This document shows, piece after piece, positions 50,410-63,060 of a DNA stretch of 64,000 nucleotides. Position numbers and translations under genes: made by a program. The DNA comes from Hydrolagus affinis. Lineage: Eukaryota. The stretch lies in assembly GCA_012026655.1 (NCBI GenBank), contig JAAILG010000882.1, forward strand, positions 1 to 64,000, in the 5' to 3' direction. The notes beneath the pieces are model-generated. The model was not told where the DNA came from, did no database searches, and saw only the letters and a list, made by a program, of their open reading frames with translations. The stretch's first letter is position 1. Every line of letters begins with the position of its first letter.

Positions 50410-50625
50410 CATTCAGCCAGGTATCTGACACATGTGGAAATTCATCACCTTGGTTAATAGTATCCAAACCAAACAGTACCACATATGAATGCCACCTACA
50501 AATGGTCATTTTTCCCTGTATCAGATAGAATACCCTCCTTGGAAGGGAAATGCTAAGCTTACCTAATTCTGATAATTATTTGGCGCAGTTTCGCAAGAGC
50601 TAAGCTAGGTATTTGTAGTTCCCAA
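50410..50625 (-). repeat. Unclassified interspersed repeat, copy 4 of 4
   Basis: ATCTGACACATGTGGAAATTCATCACCTTG..GTATCCAAACCAAAC..CTTACCTAATTC is the reverse complement of copies 1-3. Confidence 0.75.
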
Positions 50626-51507
50626 AGAATGGGGACAGATGTACATTCAGCCTGGATGAAGGCTGTGATGCCTACCAGTAGAAGAGAAATGAAGGTCAGA
50701 TGGGAAAATCAGACCTCACACAACAACAGCTTACATTTATATAGCAGCTTTCATGCAGGATAATATCTTTGTGGTGGTGTGGGAGAAGGCTGTGTGCCTG
50801 TTCTCCTAGCTGAAGGCAAGCGGTAAGGGAGACATCAAGCACTTGAAAATGCCTCGTAACAACAAAGTTACATAAATGGCTTACTTATGAGCAATGATCT
50901 ATGAAATAGATAATTGGAGGAATTTGTTTTCAAAATGTCCTCCCAAAAGTATTAGCCCTGAATGTAAGCTGTTCCAGGCAAATACCAGTGTACTTGCAAT
51001 AATAGCATTTTAATCCGTGAGCAGTAAATTGGGAGAAATTGGCTGGATGTATAGCTCAGTGGCTCCATTTGCGGTGTGCCCAACATACTGTGGCACAGAA
51101 TGAAACAACAAGGGTTGTACTTGCGACTGCCCACATACTGTGCTCCTAACCTCAGCAAAAAAACCAGGAGAGGACTGTGCAGCAGAAAGAATGCAATGTA
51201 AAAGCATTTTCTTAGTTTGAGGAAAGAGAAATTAGAGTAATAGACAACTCGGTCCTTTTTGGCATCAAAATCATTCATTATATTTGATCATTGTAAAACT
51301 GTAAGGGAGCTCAAACCAATGTCTGAGCTTCACCAAATCACTTCCACCAGCTGTTAATAAAACTGTGGATGTGCAATCATAGGAGTCCGGTCTTTGTTTT
51401 TTTGTGCCAAACTAGAGAAAAATTTATTTATTCTTGACTGTTAAAGAACCATAGACAAACTGAAACCAAATTGAATCACAGATAATTAATTTCTTTCCCT
51501 TGTTAGG

Positions 51508-51860
51508 TGCCAGCCTGGCTCAGATGGTAAGACTGTTGCATCTGAGTCAGAGGATTGTGGGTTTAAGCCCAGCTTTAGGACTTCGAATTCGCACAGTCTA
51601 GACTGATTTTCCAATGCAGTGTTGTGGATGTACTTTATTGTTGGAGATGCTGTGGAAAAGTCGTTATACAGTACTAAGGTCCCATCTGACTATTAAGGAC
51701 ATTGCTGTGCGAAAATTAGTGTTTTCGCTCACCCTAAGGATACTTTTGGCCACAAAATACACTGTCACTTCACTTTACAGTACTGTATACTGTGAAGCAC
51801 TTTGAGATTTCCTCCTGACAGGAAAGGTGCTATATCAAATGCAAGGACTATTTATTATTT
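51508..51860 (+). mobile_element. Family-B SINE, internally deleted
   Basis: TGGCTCAGATGGTAAG..TCTGAGTCAGAGG..GGGTTTAAGCCC head and an L2-like tail. Confidence 0.8.
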
Positions 51861-54800
51861 TTATTGTACATGAAGGAATATCTGTTTTTGTTTGGACAAA
51901 TATTGCACTGCACGGCACTACTGAGACACTAAAGATTTAATCCAGGTAGGTAATATAGATCATAAAAGATCATTTTCAATACAGGATTAGAGAATGTTAC
52001 ATTTAGCAAATCCAGGGGGTGATTTTCAGGAAAAATATTCAGAATATTCAATATTCTGAAAGATATTCAGAAGCTCATATGAATCATTAGTATCATTCTA
52101 ATCCATGGGAACCCTGTTGCAAAAGTAAATTGTGTTGGTGCAGAATTCCTTTGGATAGGCATGATGCACTCTGTCAGTTGCTATTTGAACTGGAAACAGT
52201 AACTGGAGACATCTTCAGGGATCTCGTGGTCAGGAGATTCCTCCTCCTGAATATCACATCTGAGGCTTCATTGTGACCCCGTCTTTGGTAGTGGAGTTAG
52301 GAAAGGAAAATAATGCTTGAGCACATGTTTTGATTAAGGAGAGATCCAAGTTAAATGCTATTATTACATTATGGAGCAATGTACTCAATTTCTGTTTCAA
52401 CTGGTGCAAAGTGATTCTACTTTGATTTGTGACCATCTGCAATTAACTATCAGTTATTGTGAAGCAGTATATTTAAGTAATAAACCTTAATCCAGAAAGG
52501 AGGATTACATATAAAAAGAGAAAACCATGCGTAACTCAACAGCCATTAAAAACATTTTTAAAAATATATATTTAGTTTGATGATCTTGGCAGTGACTTTG
52601 CCATAGTAGCACTTTTGGCAAACAATGCCTGTAAAAGTTTACATGATTTAGATTTAGAGATGGGTCATTGTGACTGATGAATCAGTTTCCTCCATATGCA
52701 CATTTCAGGCAGGGTTATGGATCCCATCTATTCCTCTGAGATTATTTACAAATGCTTCATGTGCACAATTCTGATTTGATGCTTTGACATAAATCCCTTG
52801 GCTTGTGAGGTGTACAAAATATCAAATAATGAAACGGTGGAAAAATAGATTCAAAATGTAAGTCTCAAACTTTGGACATTTTTTTTCCCGATCCTTAGTT
52901 ACATGAATTCGCTTTCAGTGTTCAGATTCTTACCATGCATTACTGATATTTTCTATTTTGCGGCTTCAGATTTCTAACATTCACAGTTTTTCTTTTTGCA
53001 TTTGATCTATTTGCTGTCCGCCTAGTGGCATAGATTAATCTCCTAGAAAAAATTGGTTATTTTCTTCAAGATTGCTTGTGGGACATTACCGGTACGATAT
53101 GGTTGCCACATTTGGCTAAAAAGTACACGCTCAATATACTTTATAGAAAATCTTCTGAAGTACTGTACTTTGAGACTTTTCAAAAAAGTGCTATACTAAA
53201 TGCAACAATATTTATTGATAAATTTAGCAAGATTGGGACCTATGCTCTTTTACTTTATGCATATTCCCCAAAATAGTAATAAACTAGTGGCAGCTCCTTA
53301 GTGTAGATTTCCTAACAGTCTTTCCTTCCAATCAGGAGGTTGTATTTTGAGTCACTTATAGATGCAAGGAAAGCATGGGAACATGACTCTCAAATGTATG
53401 CTTCCTAACCCTTATGCATGCATAGAGTGACATATGATCAGGCAGCTCATAGATCTATGTAGTTCTCCGTGTGTGCCTTGCATGTTTGGGTAGTGAAGAA
53501 CTAAATGTTCGAAAGAGGTATCCTTTTAGAAGTGTTGAAGTATTTTAAAATCCTTTGGATGAAATGTTAAAGTGAGGTTCCAAGGCACTGTTTGAAAAGA
53601 GAAGCAAATTTTCCTGGCAACCCACCCAACAATTCCCCAGACAAAATTGGACGTTCACTTCATGGCTGTTTGTGGGACATGTGTGTGCAAATTGGCGTAC
53701 AGTAAATCCTGTGGAATGCTTTGAAACATTTCAGCAATGTTTCAGCAACTTTAAAAGGCATCAGATGAGATTATTATTTCTGCATTAAAATGTGTTTTCA
53801 TGTTCTGAGCTGACCTTATGTTGTGTATAAATTTGTCAAAAAGTTATTATTTTTAAAAAATCCCCTTTAACCTCTAAGCTTTTCTCAAAAAACACTTGAA
53901 TGCATGTAGGAAACAGGATGAATGTAGAAAACAGGATGATTCCTAAAGAACATTGATTCCGCTAACAAAATGCTTGACAGTGGTTTATTTGTGGTTGAAC
54001 AAAGATTGAAAAGAAAGATAAACTTTTCATGTACCTAATATTCACTAAGTATTAGTGGGAATGCTGAACTTTAACTGCAAATTAGCATTTTTTTCAAGGG
54101 CATTACACCAATTGCATGACATCATTTGAGGTGGAAATCGATTGTAGAAAGTACTATATGTCTTCTAAGTGCTTTGCAATAAAGACATTTGTTATCATCC
54201 AACTACTGCATGAATGAAATATGACACCATTGTAAAAAAAAGTGTAAAATATATCATTTTTAATGAAGGGGCCACTCAAAGAGGATGTGCACAGAGGGGA
54301 GCACGGAGAGCTTTTAAGAAGCATAAGGGGAATTAGTATTCTTTCAATATACATACCTGTAAAATACATGCACGTTCTCCCACTGGAAAATGCCCCCATC
54401 CTTTTCTGAAAGTGCTGCGAGAGCTTGTTAGTAGTGAGTTAGGATTCAAGTCCAGACATGTGCGTGGAGATGGCTTTCAAAGCCTGCAATCTGGACTGAC
54501 ATAATGCAACCTGAGAGTAACTGGCATCACCTGATCCAGCATTCCCTGTACAGTGCTCCAAATTGATGGCGGGGGGAGGGATTTTTAGGGGTGTGAAATA
54601 GATTCCAATTTATAATCTTTAGTGGTAGTTTGAAAAAGCATATGATTTGTAACATTAGGGGATAGCTCACAAAAATTGTGATTTATGAATGGATAACTCC
54701 TAACAAATTAGTGAGATTCTGAGATGTTGCACGTAAAACATTAGGCAGGCAAATATCAGCATTTTCTACTCATGTTTAGTCGAACAAAATCTAGTGAATC

Positions 54801-54950
54801 CTGTTCTGTATTATCATTCTTTGACCTTACCCGTTTTGCATTCTTTGGTCACTGTGTGTTTTTGAAGCACTGAGGACCACTCAAAGTGATATGGTTGTAT
54901 GTAGATTTATACTCATAGTTTTGATTTAAGTAATGTTCCTCTCCTGGCAG

Positions 54951-55075
54951 GTCCATGGAAATGCAGGAACTAGCAAGTCCGCACAATCGAGTGAGCAGTA
55001 GTGATACCTCTGCTGGCTCCAAACTGGAAAAGGCCAACCTCAGTAGCACTTCAATCATATCAAATGGAACAGCGG
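54951..55075 (+). CDS. EYA4: EYA4 coding exon (125 nt; [42 protein letters not shown]), equivalent of mammalian exon 4
   Basis: Acceptor TTCCTCTCCTGGCAG| and donor CGG|GTGAGT. Matches recalled EYA4 SMEMQDLASPH...SKLEKSNLSSTSVTTNGT better than EYA1. Confidence 0.96.
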
Positions 55076-56194
55076 GTGAGTTATGGAAAGTGGCTTTCCC
55101 AACATTTCTCCCTTTTGCTTGCATTGTCTAGTGCTTCTTTTCAACGTCCTTTGCTATTTCCGGTTTTCTTTTCATGAGAATAACAAAGAAATAGGGGGGG
55201 AAATTTTCACCCACTTCCTCTGTTCAGAGATGTATGTATTCATGTACTTCGTGGGTGGTTGAATGTAAAGTGTAGGAGACGTCAGCTTTTTGTTTTAGAC
55301 GCTTCCAAGTACACGAGGTGAGGGAAACACATTTCTCAGTCTCCAGCTCAACTTACACATATCCAAAAATGGATAGAATTGTACAAATAAGCCATGGTTG
55401 CAAAAGTGTTTACAGTGTATTAATGTCTTATATAATTTCTCCCATAACATTATTTATTCCAGAATATACTGCCACAATGTATATTTCTATAGTTACGACT
55501 TTCTGTTGATGGTAGTGGCAGTAGTTCTGTTTGAAGCATTGCAGCTATAAACTAAAGCATGACCTTTGACAACCTCTACAAGTTTGGAAATGTTCTCCTA
55601 CTATTAAAGGAAAACCACACAGCCGTAAAGGTAAGATAATGGGAGTGCTGTTGGTTACCGCTGATATTTGACTGTATGAGTTGGGTGTTTTTCTACACTT
55701 TTAACTGGTTTGATTTTTCCTCCCCGTTTAATTCTCTACATATAAACTTTTACTTGTGTGTATAAACAAATGTATATTAGTCATCATCAAGCATAAAGAA
55801 TTTGCTTTGTTTCTACATATGGATCGTGCTACGTTTGAATCATTTCATTATTTGGTGTCTCGTGCGAGGAAGGCTCTCCTCTCTCTCCATATATACCCAG
55901 AATTTTTTCCTGAAATATAGACATTTACCTGTGTTGTGTTTCCTATTACAATGTCTGTTTTGGATTTGAAAGCAAGACTGTTAAACTATGAAAACTGTAC
56001 CTATGTTAGGTTATACCCATGTTGATGAGGTAGATGGACAATCTGAATATACTTCAAACTTTTCCTTGTAATGATTGTTCCTATTCCATACTTCCTATTC
56101 CCCTGTTTGCTTCCAATAAACAATAGGGTGTTGCTGTGGGACCTATTGGCCTAGAGAATAGACTGAGACAATGTTCATGTTCCTCACCAACATT

Positions 56195-56330
56195 CAACAA
56201 CAACAACAAATTGCACTTATAGAGCGCCTTTCACGTCGGGAGGACGTCCCAAGGCGCTGCACAGGAGGCATGTGACCCGAGCTGGGAGCGGAGTGTTTGG
56301 GAAGGGGTAAGAAACGTAGGGGAGGTCGAA
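56195..56330 (-). mobile_element. Young short L2 3' end
   Basis: (CAA)n then GAGCGCCTTTCACGTCGGGAGGACGTCCCAAGGCGCTG, with CpGs intact. Confidence 0.85.
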
Positions 56331-56589
56331 GAATTCAGTGACACCTCCTCTAACCCACTGGAAAATGCTTACTTGTGGGCATTGGATGATAACAAGATTG
56401 GTCTAGAATGTTGTGTCTCCTACGTATAGATTGGGTATCACTGTCTTGGCTCAGACATGAAGTATGACCATTTGGGCAAGCTACCAAAGGGCAGCCAGGA
56501 ACCATCGATCATTGCAAAAGTAAAGAAGTGATGGTGAATATTTTTGAGACATTTGTTAGGCTGTAAATGGAATATTGTGTGTAGTTTGG

Positions 56590-57085
56590 GATTCTGCATC
56601 AGAGAAAGAATATTAAAACTATGGGAAATGTACAACTTGGGTTCATGAAGATGATACCAGAAATTAATGGGTACAGCTTTGAGGAGAGGCTAGAGTGTTT
56701 AGGATTCGTTCAGTTGGAGTAGTGGAGATTGAGAGGTGATAATGATAGAGTTGTTGAAGAGATTTCAAATAATTAATTGTGGAAAGCTCTTCCTGCTGGT
56801 GAACGATTTGAGGAAATGAGGGAACAGATTCAAAATTGTGACTAGGGGAGTGAAAGAAGAGGTTTTCGAAGAACGTTTCCCACAAAGTCGTTGGAAGTAT
56901 TTACCACAGGTGACTAAGAATAGACATTGGGGACATTTCGAAGATTATTGGAAATGCACGCATAGGAAAGATATGTGGGGAAAGAGCAAGGTTTTAGGAT
57001 GGATGGTTTCTTTGAGTAGCAAACACCAACATAAAAAGGTGATCCAAAGGTCTCCTATTCTGTCATACACTTATATGGATGTATA
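56590..57085 (+). mobile_element. Old CR1 3' fragment
   Basis: AAGATGATACCAGAA..CAGCTTTGAGGAGAGGCTAGA..GAGATTGAGAGGTGAT (ERL..LRGD region), then a 3'UTR-like AAAGGTCTCCTATTCTGT. Confidence 0.7.
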
Positions 57086-60000
57086 ATCCAGCGAAAAGTC
57101 AAATGAGCAGAAAGTGAAAGAAATCTGGCTGAAAATGACCAATGCTGGCCCCTACAAGATGCATTATTATTCCGCACATCCATTCATGCAAATCACACCT
57201 AGGTGTATAGTTTAATTTGCATGAGTTTCACTTTGGCTCCCAATATCACATGCATCAAATTGAATGCTGCAAATAGGAGTTTATTGTCGCCTAAATCTAC
57301 TTGCCATTACTGACCGATAGTTAATTCTGTCTTATTTCAGTGTTTATCCAGAAAGACATGTGCATGGGAGACAAATAAATGCTTTCCTGTCTAAAGACCT
57401 GTGCTCTGACCCATATAGAGGAGTTTCCAACACTTCTTTCAGTACTGAAAGAAGAATCAGATTGTGAAGTAACTCCCATGGGAATGTTGTATTGTCTGTG
57501 TCGTTTATCAAAGGATGGGAACATCTGTCTGGAAAAGAGGCACCTAGACCTCAAATCATATATTTTATTGTTTGCAACAATGCAAAATCCTCCTTTTTTT
57601 GTGTAGGAGTATGTTGAAGGAAAACTTTCATTTATTTGTTTCCTTAATCAAAGATATCCCCTGTGCCATTTGTTCTCTTTTCTGATTTTTCTTTTGAAGG
57701 TAAAGTGAATATTAGGAAAAAAGGGGGATGTTTGGACTTTATGGTTTTGTTCTGACCTTGTTTATCTGGGATGTTATAGAAATGTTTCGCTCACAAATAT
57801 ACTGGACAGTCAATTCACTTCACAGTATATTCTTTGAGACATCGATAAGATGTGAAAAGCGCAATATCAAATACAAGTATAATATTATATTTATTATATT
57901 ATAAATGTTTCAGAAATCATTGTAAGTTGAATTCCAAACTCATCACTTCCTAGACTTGAAAAACTTCCTATAGACACATCCCTTTGACCTTGTCCTTGGT
58001 CAATATGTTTAAATTTGTCATTGCCTTATCCACTGTGCACCATACCATGTTTATCAAGCACAATAAAATGTTCTTTCACCTGAAAACGTGCTCTATAAAT
58101 GCAAGTTGAACTTATGTTTTAAAGGTTGTCTGGAACACATAGTCCAAGAACCCACAACAAATAGTAAAAAGAAGCTCAAACTCGATATGGAACCATCTTG
58201 AGTTTTTATACTGTTTATAAGGTTCCAACTTCACATGCAATTCATTTTGATTCCAATCTTTCAACTCACTTTCTGTTCTCTGTTTTTCTGTGCATTGTCA
58301 ATTGTGCAAATTAATCATCTTGTAGGAAATAAAATTGTGCTTCTTTTCTACCAAGCTCGCATTTTTCTATATCTAAATTCGGACTCTAAAATGAGTGACC
58401 ATGTAAAAAAGTTATTATTTAGCACATTTTTTTTATAATGACTATGTACAGTCTGTACTAGGTCTTCGGGGATGAAGTCGACCTAAGTCTACCAGAAATT
58501 TTGTGCCTACGGCAAAACCTTGAAGCTGACATTATTTAATATTGTGACATAAGAATTTGTACCATTTTTCTTTAGAACATCATGTGTGATTCCAGTCCCC
58601 ACTTTTTCCTCTAAACCACTCTGATTTCAGATATTGTATATAATTTCTATTTTACTGAATCTATTTATTCTCCTCACTCTAGTTTGAAGCTGATCCCTTT
58701 TCTACTGTCTCAACATTTCTGTGTTTGAGTTTTCCTTCAACTTTAATCCTTCTGTGTTTATTTGCACATCTGTGCCTGCTTTTTGTATTGTTTATCTCCA
58801 GTTTTTCCATGCACACTTACACTCTCTCTGTTTGTCTCTCACCCATGTTTCATGTTCACTTTACCTGTTGTGTCTTTAAGGTCTCTTTTTGTGATGCACG
58901 GAAAAGAGTAAATTTAGAAGTGGGAAAACTCCTTCATAAATTAAAATTCCTTCTACTGTTTTAAATCGATAGTGATGCTCTTTCCATTAGTTGATGGATA
59001 CATCTGTCTTATGTTAGTACTTACTGAAGTAAGTACTTTATCTTTTATATTTTACAATACACAATGCAAATTACATTTACATTATCAAACTTACTTGTCA
59101 AGTATATCTCAAAGCTTTTTTGAGAGGAAAGCAAGAATTTGGTCGACTTGATGTGTAATAGAGGACTGTGATTTATGGGGTTTAATTCTGTTTTCCTTTT
59201 TGTTTAATGTTTGTTTACTTTTGACTCCAGAGGTCATTCTAATTTCCTGTTCTGATGTTGTGAATGGAGCAAAGAAGCATTCCCACTATCCTTTGCTCTC
59301 TGGACATGGAGCAGCTAGGAATGTCATACCAACTGATTTGTACTACAACTTATATGTACCTCATGTCATGCATAATTTATCCCGAGACCAAACCTGTTCT
59401 GATTTGACTGAGAAGTAAAGCAGAACTGCTGTACACTTTATTACACAGATTTTGGGAGTAATATATACTCAGGTACCAAAGTAAAAATACCTTATACACT
59501 GATGAATATTGGATTTCTTGCTAATCGTTAGTACTGTGATAGGAAGTAAAAATGTTTTTTGCTATCCAAAATGTGGTGTCTTCCAACTATTTTCTTTCTA
59601 AAATGGTAGAAGGATTATAAAACTTTCGCCGGTGAGACAACGTTTTAACTCATGTTTAAGGTTCTTGTTTCATACAAAGACTCAGCATTTTGCTTGACAA
59701 GTTGCCAAAGGCAGACAGAAATTGTTGCACAAACATTTATTAGATTCACTAAAATGCAACAAGGCCAGAAACTCAGCAGGTGATCAAGCGGAATGTCCTA
59801 CTCTTTTGAAATCAGATTTAGATTTAGTTACAATAATTTCTGCAGCTTATCTAAACCATGTTGAATTATTTCTTTATTTTGTTTTACTTTTTTTTAAATC
59901 TAATGTCACAAATGTACAGGGTAGAAAATAGGAGTTTTAAATAGTACACAGTTACTATTGTTGTTTGTCACTGTTTCTGTCCTGTCATTTCTCATGCAGT

Positions 60001-60107
60001 GTGTTTATTCATTAACTGAATCTTTACTCTTAAAGTTGTAATTGTAATAATTTATAGTTAACCAGTGAGCAGTTTTACCGCAATTTTACATTAAAAGCCA
60101 ACCCATA

Positions 60108-60213
60108 TGAAATAAAAACAAAAGTTGCTGGGGAAACTCAGCAGGTCAAACAGCATCCATGGAGAAAGGAAAAGGAATCAACGTTTCGGGTCTACAACCC
60201 TTCGTCAGGACTG
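60108..60213 (-). mobile_element. Penelope-like retroelement terminal fragment
   Basis: AAAACAAAAGTTGCTGGGGAAACTCAGCAGGTCAAACAGCATCCATGGAGA..AACGTTTCGGGTC..ACCCTTCGTCAG, a pattern I recognise from shark Penelope-type termini. A second copy is at 43545. Confidence 0.65.
60176..60212 (-). ncRNA. Minimal type-I hammerhead ribozyme motif
   Basis: Minus strand AGUC-CUGACGA-A-GGGU(UGUAG)ACCC-GAAA-CGUU-GAUU: complete core, 4-bp stem II, palindromic stem III (AACGUU) and 4-bp stem I. Confidence 0.65.
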
Positions 60214-60332
60214 AAATAGTGAAATAGTTCTTTTCAACATGTGAAATAGTTCTTTTCAAATCCATTTTATTGCTTCCAAGAAAAGAATAGCTTGCAACTG
60301 ACGACATGTGAGACACAATTATAAGATAGATG

Positions 60333-60768
60333 TGTTAACCTGGCTCAGAAGTAGATCTCTTGCTTCTGAGTCAGAAAGTTGTGGGTTCAAGTCCCACAGT
60401 CTAGGTTGTATGTTCAAAGCCTGTAACTTCCACTGTGGAACTAGGGGGGTGCAGTATTGTGAAGAGGGACTTCTTCTGATGAGATGTTAAACTAAGGTCC
60501 CCTCTCACTGTTTAGCAAAAACCATGTTAAAAACCCAATGCCAATAGTTGAAAAGAGAAGGGAGTTTCACCCAGTGTCCAAACCAACAGTCACCTATATG
60601 AAATTTGTCATTTGTGTCATACCTGTTCGTGGGACGTTACTCTGAAGAATTGGACTGCTGTGTTGGACTGCAGTCACTCAATTTCACAGTAAATCCTATG
60701 AAGTGCTGTGGGACATCTTCCCGGTATGTGAAAGGCACCATAACAAATGCAAGGATTATTATTATAAT
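60333..60768 (+). mobile_element. Near full-length family-B Deu SINE
   Basis: TGGCTCAGAAGTAG..TCTGAGTCAGAAAGTTGTGGGTTCAAGTCCC head, Deu core, and GTGAAAGGCACCATAACAAATGCAAGGATTATT tail. Confidence 0.85.
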
Positions 60769-61068
60769 AAAAGAGAAAAGATAATTTGATTGAAACAAAG
60801 CACAGAGTGGAGTCCAGCATTCCAAGAAGTGTGATGTTTGTACTTCAAAAAACTTATTTATTCAAACCAATCCGTTCTGCCAAAAAAGCTATTATTCAAC
60901 CACGAGGCCCTGTTATGGGGACTTAATGTTTACATTACTTTAAAGCATACTTATTTGATGTCTTTGAGCATTTGCGTGCAGGAATCTGAATTACTGTATA
61001 TAAATATATGGCAACTGTCACAAGCAGCATTATTGAAACTGAATGTGATTCTGACTTTTCCTCTTCAG

Positions 61069-61140
61069 GAGACACCTCCATGACTATATTAAACACAGCA
61101 GACTGGTTGCTGGGTTGCAGTACCCCCTCCTCTGCATCAA
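61069..61140 (+). CDS. EYA4: EYA4 coding exon (72 nt, or 69 nt from the distal NAGNAG acceptor; [24 protein letters not shown]), equivalent of mammalian exon 5
   Basis: Acceptor CTGACTTTTCCTCTTCAG| and donor CAA|GTATGA; symmetric phase 1-1. Matches the recalled EYA4-specific [20 protein letters not shown]. Confidence 0.95.
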
Positions 61141-61699
61141 GTATGACAGATTATGGTACAGTGCATGTGTGTGTTAGTGTGAAATATGAGTGCAGTGCCT
61201 TTGTCTTCTTCATACTCTGAATGTTTCTTTTATTAAAGTGTTGTTAAAAAGACAAATAGATTTTAGCATTTGCCTTTGCTATTAACGGAATGTTTATGGA
61301 CTTGATTTGTTTTTGTGTGGAGTGGAACCCGTCGTCATTGTAGTCGCTTAAATGCCATTTTGTTTATTTTTGAAATAAAGTCTTAAGCTACTTCTGTCTT
61401 TTGCTATGTTCCAATTCAACTTTACACAGCTGCAGTAATAACGCTATTCTGCATTTTCCCTTAGTCTAGGAAAATCTGGTTAAAGTACTTTGAGAACAAC
61501 AGCAGTGTAATTCATTTAAATACCCTATGGGTTTGAATAGATTATGTGTACTTTCATAGAAACTTACTAGAAGAATTCAGGAAGTAACAGCTTGTTGGAA
61601 AGTGGGTGAAATGTGGCTCAGGGTAGAAGCACCAAGGTTCATTTTTGTGATTTTCCAAACAATGAAAAGGATTAAATAAGATTGATAAAGTGTATCCAG

Positions 61700-62345
61700 A
61701 ACAACAACAAAATTACATTTGTAAAGCGCCTTTCACGTCGGGAGGCATCCCAAGGCGCTGGACAGTCAGTGGTCAAGACCTGAGCATGGTGGGGTGGGGG
61801 TGCGGGGTGGAGGGGAGGGCAGGGTTGAGATGAGGGAGGGCAGAAAGGAAGGAGGGCTGCTGAAGAGGAGGGTCTTCTTCAAACTACAACAACTTACATT
61901 TATATTTATATCCATACCGGGTCGATTCCCAGAGTGTTTAAAAATGGCAGAGCCCAATGTGGAGGTGGAAGGCAGGCATAGGCATGGTCAAAGAGGAATG
62001 TCTTCAGGCACAACCTAAAAATAGGGAAAGAAGAGGCAAAGCGAGGGATTGAGGGAAGGAGTTCCATAGCTTTGGGGCATAGTGGCTGAAGACATGGCTA
62101 CAGAGAAATGCAGGGGTAGAGTTTTGGATGAGTTGAATTTTGTAAATAGGGGAGGAGGGCTTTTGAGTAGTCTAGCCGAGAGGTGACAAAGGTGTGGATA
62201 AGAGTTTTGGCAACTTGTGTAGTGAAGTACTGTTAGAGACAGGCTATGTAGCGGAGGAGGAGGAAAGTGGTCCTGGTCAAGGACTGGATGTGGGGGAGGA
62301 AGGATAACTGGAAATTGAACCTGATGCTTAAACTGCGCACAGGTT
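61700..62345 (-). mobile_element. L2 3' fragments (two tails, at ~61700 and ~61885, plus a degraded ORF2 end)
   Basis: GCGCCTTTCACGTCGGGAGGCATCCCAAGGCGCTG tail. GGAAGGAGTTCCATAG and GAGGTGACAAAGG..GGATGTGGGG..AACCTGATGC align with 2735-3452. Confidence 0.8.
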
Positions 62346-62349
62346 CAGA

Positions 62350-62640
62350 GTTTTAAGGACAGCTTGGGTAGATTGAGGAGGAGAACAATACATTTTGATG
62401 GACTGCGTCAGTAGAACAAGAGGACGTAGGTCTAGAGTTACAAAAGGCAAATTCCGGACAGACACCAGAATGTTTTTTCTTTACCCAGAGGGTAATTAAT
62501 GATTGGAACAGGTTGTAAGGAAGAGAGATTGAGGTCAGTTGACTGGACTCATTTAAAAAACAACTTGAACTTGTCATGGGAGAATTGTAGGGTGGATGTT
62601 ACAGAGGGATAAGAAGACCTTTTTGATCCGATTAATTTGG
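62350..62640 (+). mobile_element. CR1 ORF2 C-terminal fragment
   Basis: AGAACAAGAGGA (RTRG)...TTCTTTACCCAGAGGGTAATTAATGATTGGAACAGGTTG (FFTQRVINDWNRL). Confidence 0.8.
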
Positions 62641-62711
62641 GGATCAATGAAAAGTTGTCGAGTGAAGTCTGGGTGCTTTCCGACAGAGAGAGGGGAAATC
62701 TGAAGGCCTCA

Positions 62712-62727
62712 TGCCTCCTAGTGGCCA
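62712..62727 (-). promoter_or_regulatory. CTCF-like motif
   Basis: Minus strand TGGCCACTAGGAGGCA, one mismatch to CCASYAGRKGGC. Motif only. Confidence 0.3.
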
Positions 62728-63060
62728 ATCACAGAATATTGTCAGCAGAGGCGATGAACAGGAAGCCTGAACTCCACTAGACAGTAGCTCTATGAATAGA
62801 TGTACAGAGCTCTCCCTGCGTTTCAAAAGCAGGAGTTACCAATGCTGTGTGATAAATGATATGCACCTGAAGAGTTTGGATGGGGTTCCATGTGGTGTCA
62901 CAATCTGAATGAGGGTAAGTCTAGTCCTGGCCTTTGTGTGCCTCGTGTTCCACATTAAGCGTGAAGCAATAATGTGGCAATATACCAGCTGCCATTTATT
63001 TCTCCTATGATAAACAAATGCAGCCATTGCTGACTAGTTTGGAAACCTGAATGGTATGAA

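Noticed and set aside
51050-51130. A-box TAGCTCAGTGG suggesting a Pol III gene
   Set aside because: No B box or cloverleaf is visible. At most a decayed SINE head.
52038-52060. Perfect 11-bp-arm palindrome TTCAGAATATT-C-AATATTCTGAA (heat-shock-element-like)
   Set aside because: The nGAAn spacing is wrong for a three-unit HSE, and the low-complexity AT context suggests local slippage.
54951-55075. Assignment to EYA1 because of the MEMQ motif
   Set aside because: [12 protein letters not shown] and the downstream LNTADWLL exon are EYA4-type.
55545-55630. TATAAA + ATG ORF (MTFDNLYK...AVK) ending at the strong donor AAG|GTAAGA
   Set aside because: The ORF ends in phase 0 while the next EYA4 exon is phase 1. 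It could be a non-coding alternative exon, but nothing else supports it.
61008-61220. 70-aa ORF as a standalone gene
   Set aside because: Only 61069-61140 is exon. The flanks are intronic read-through of the same frame.
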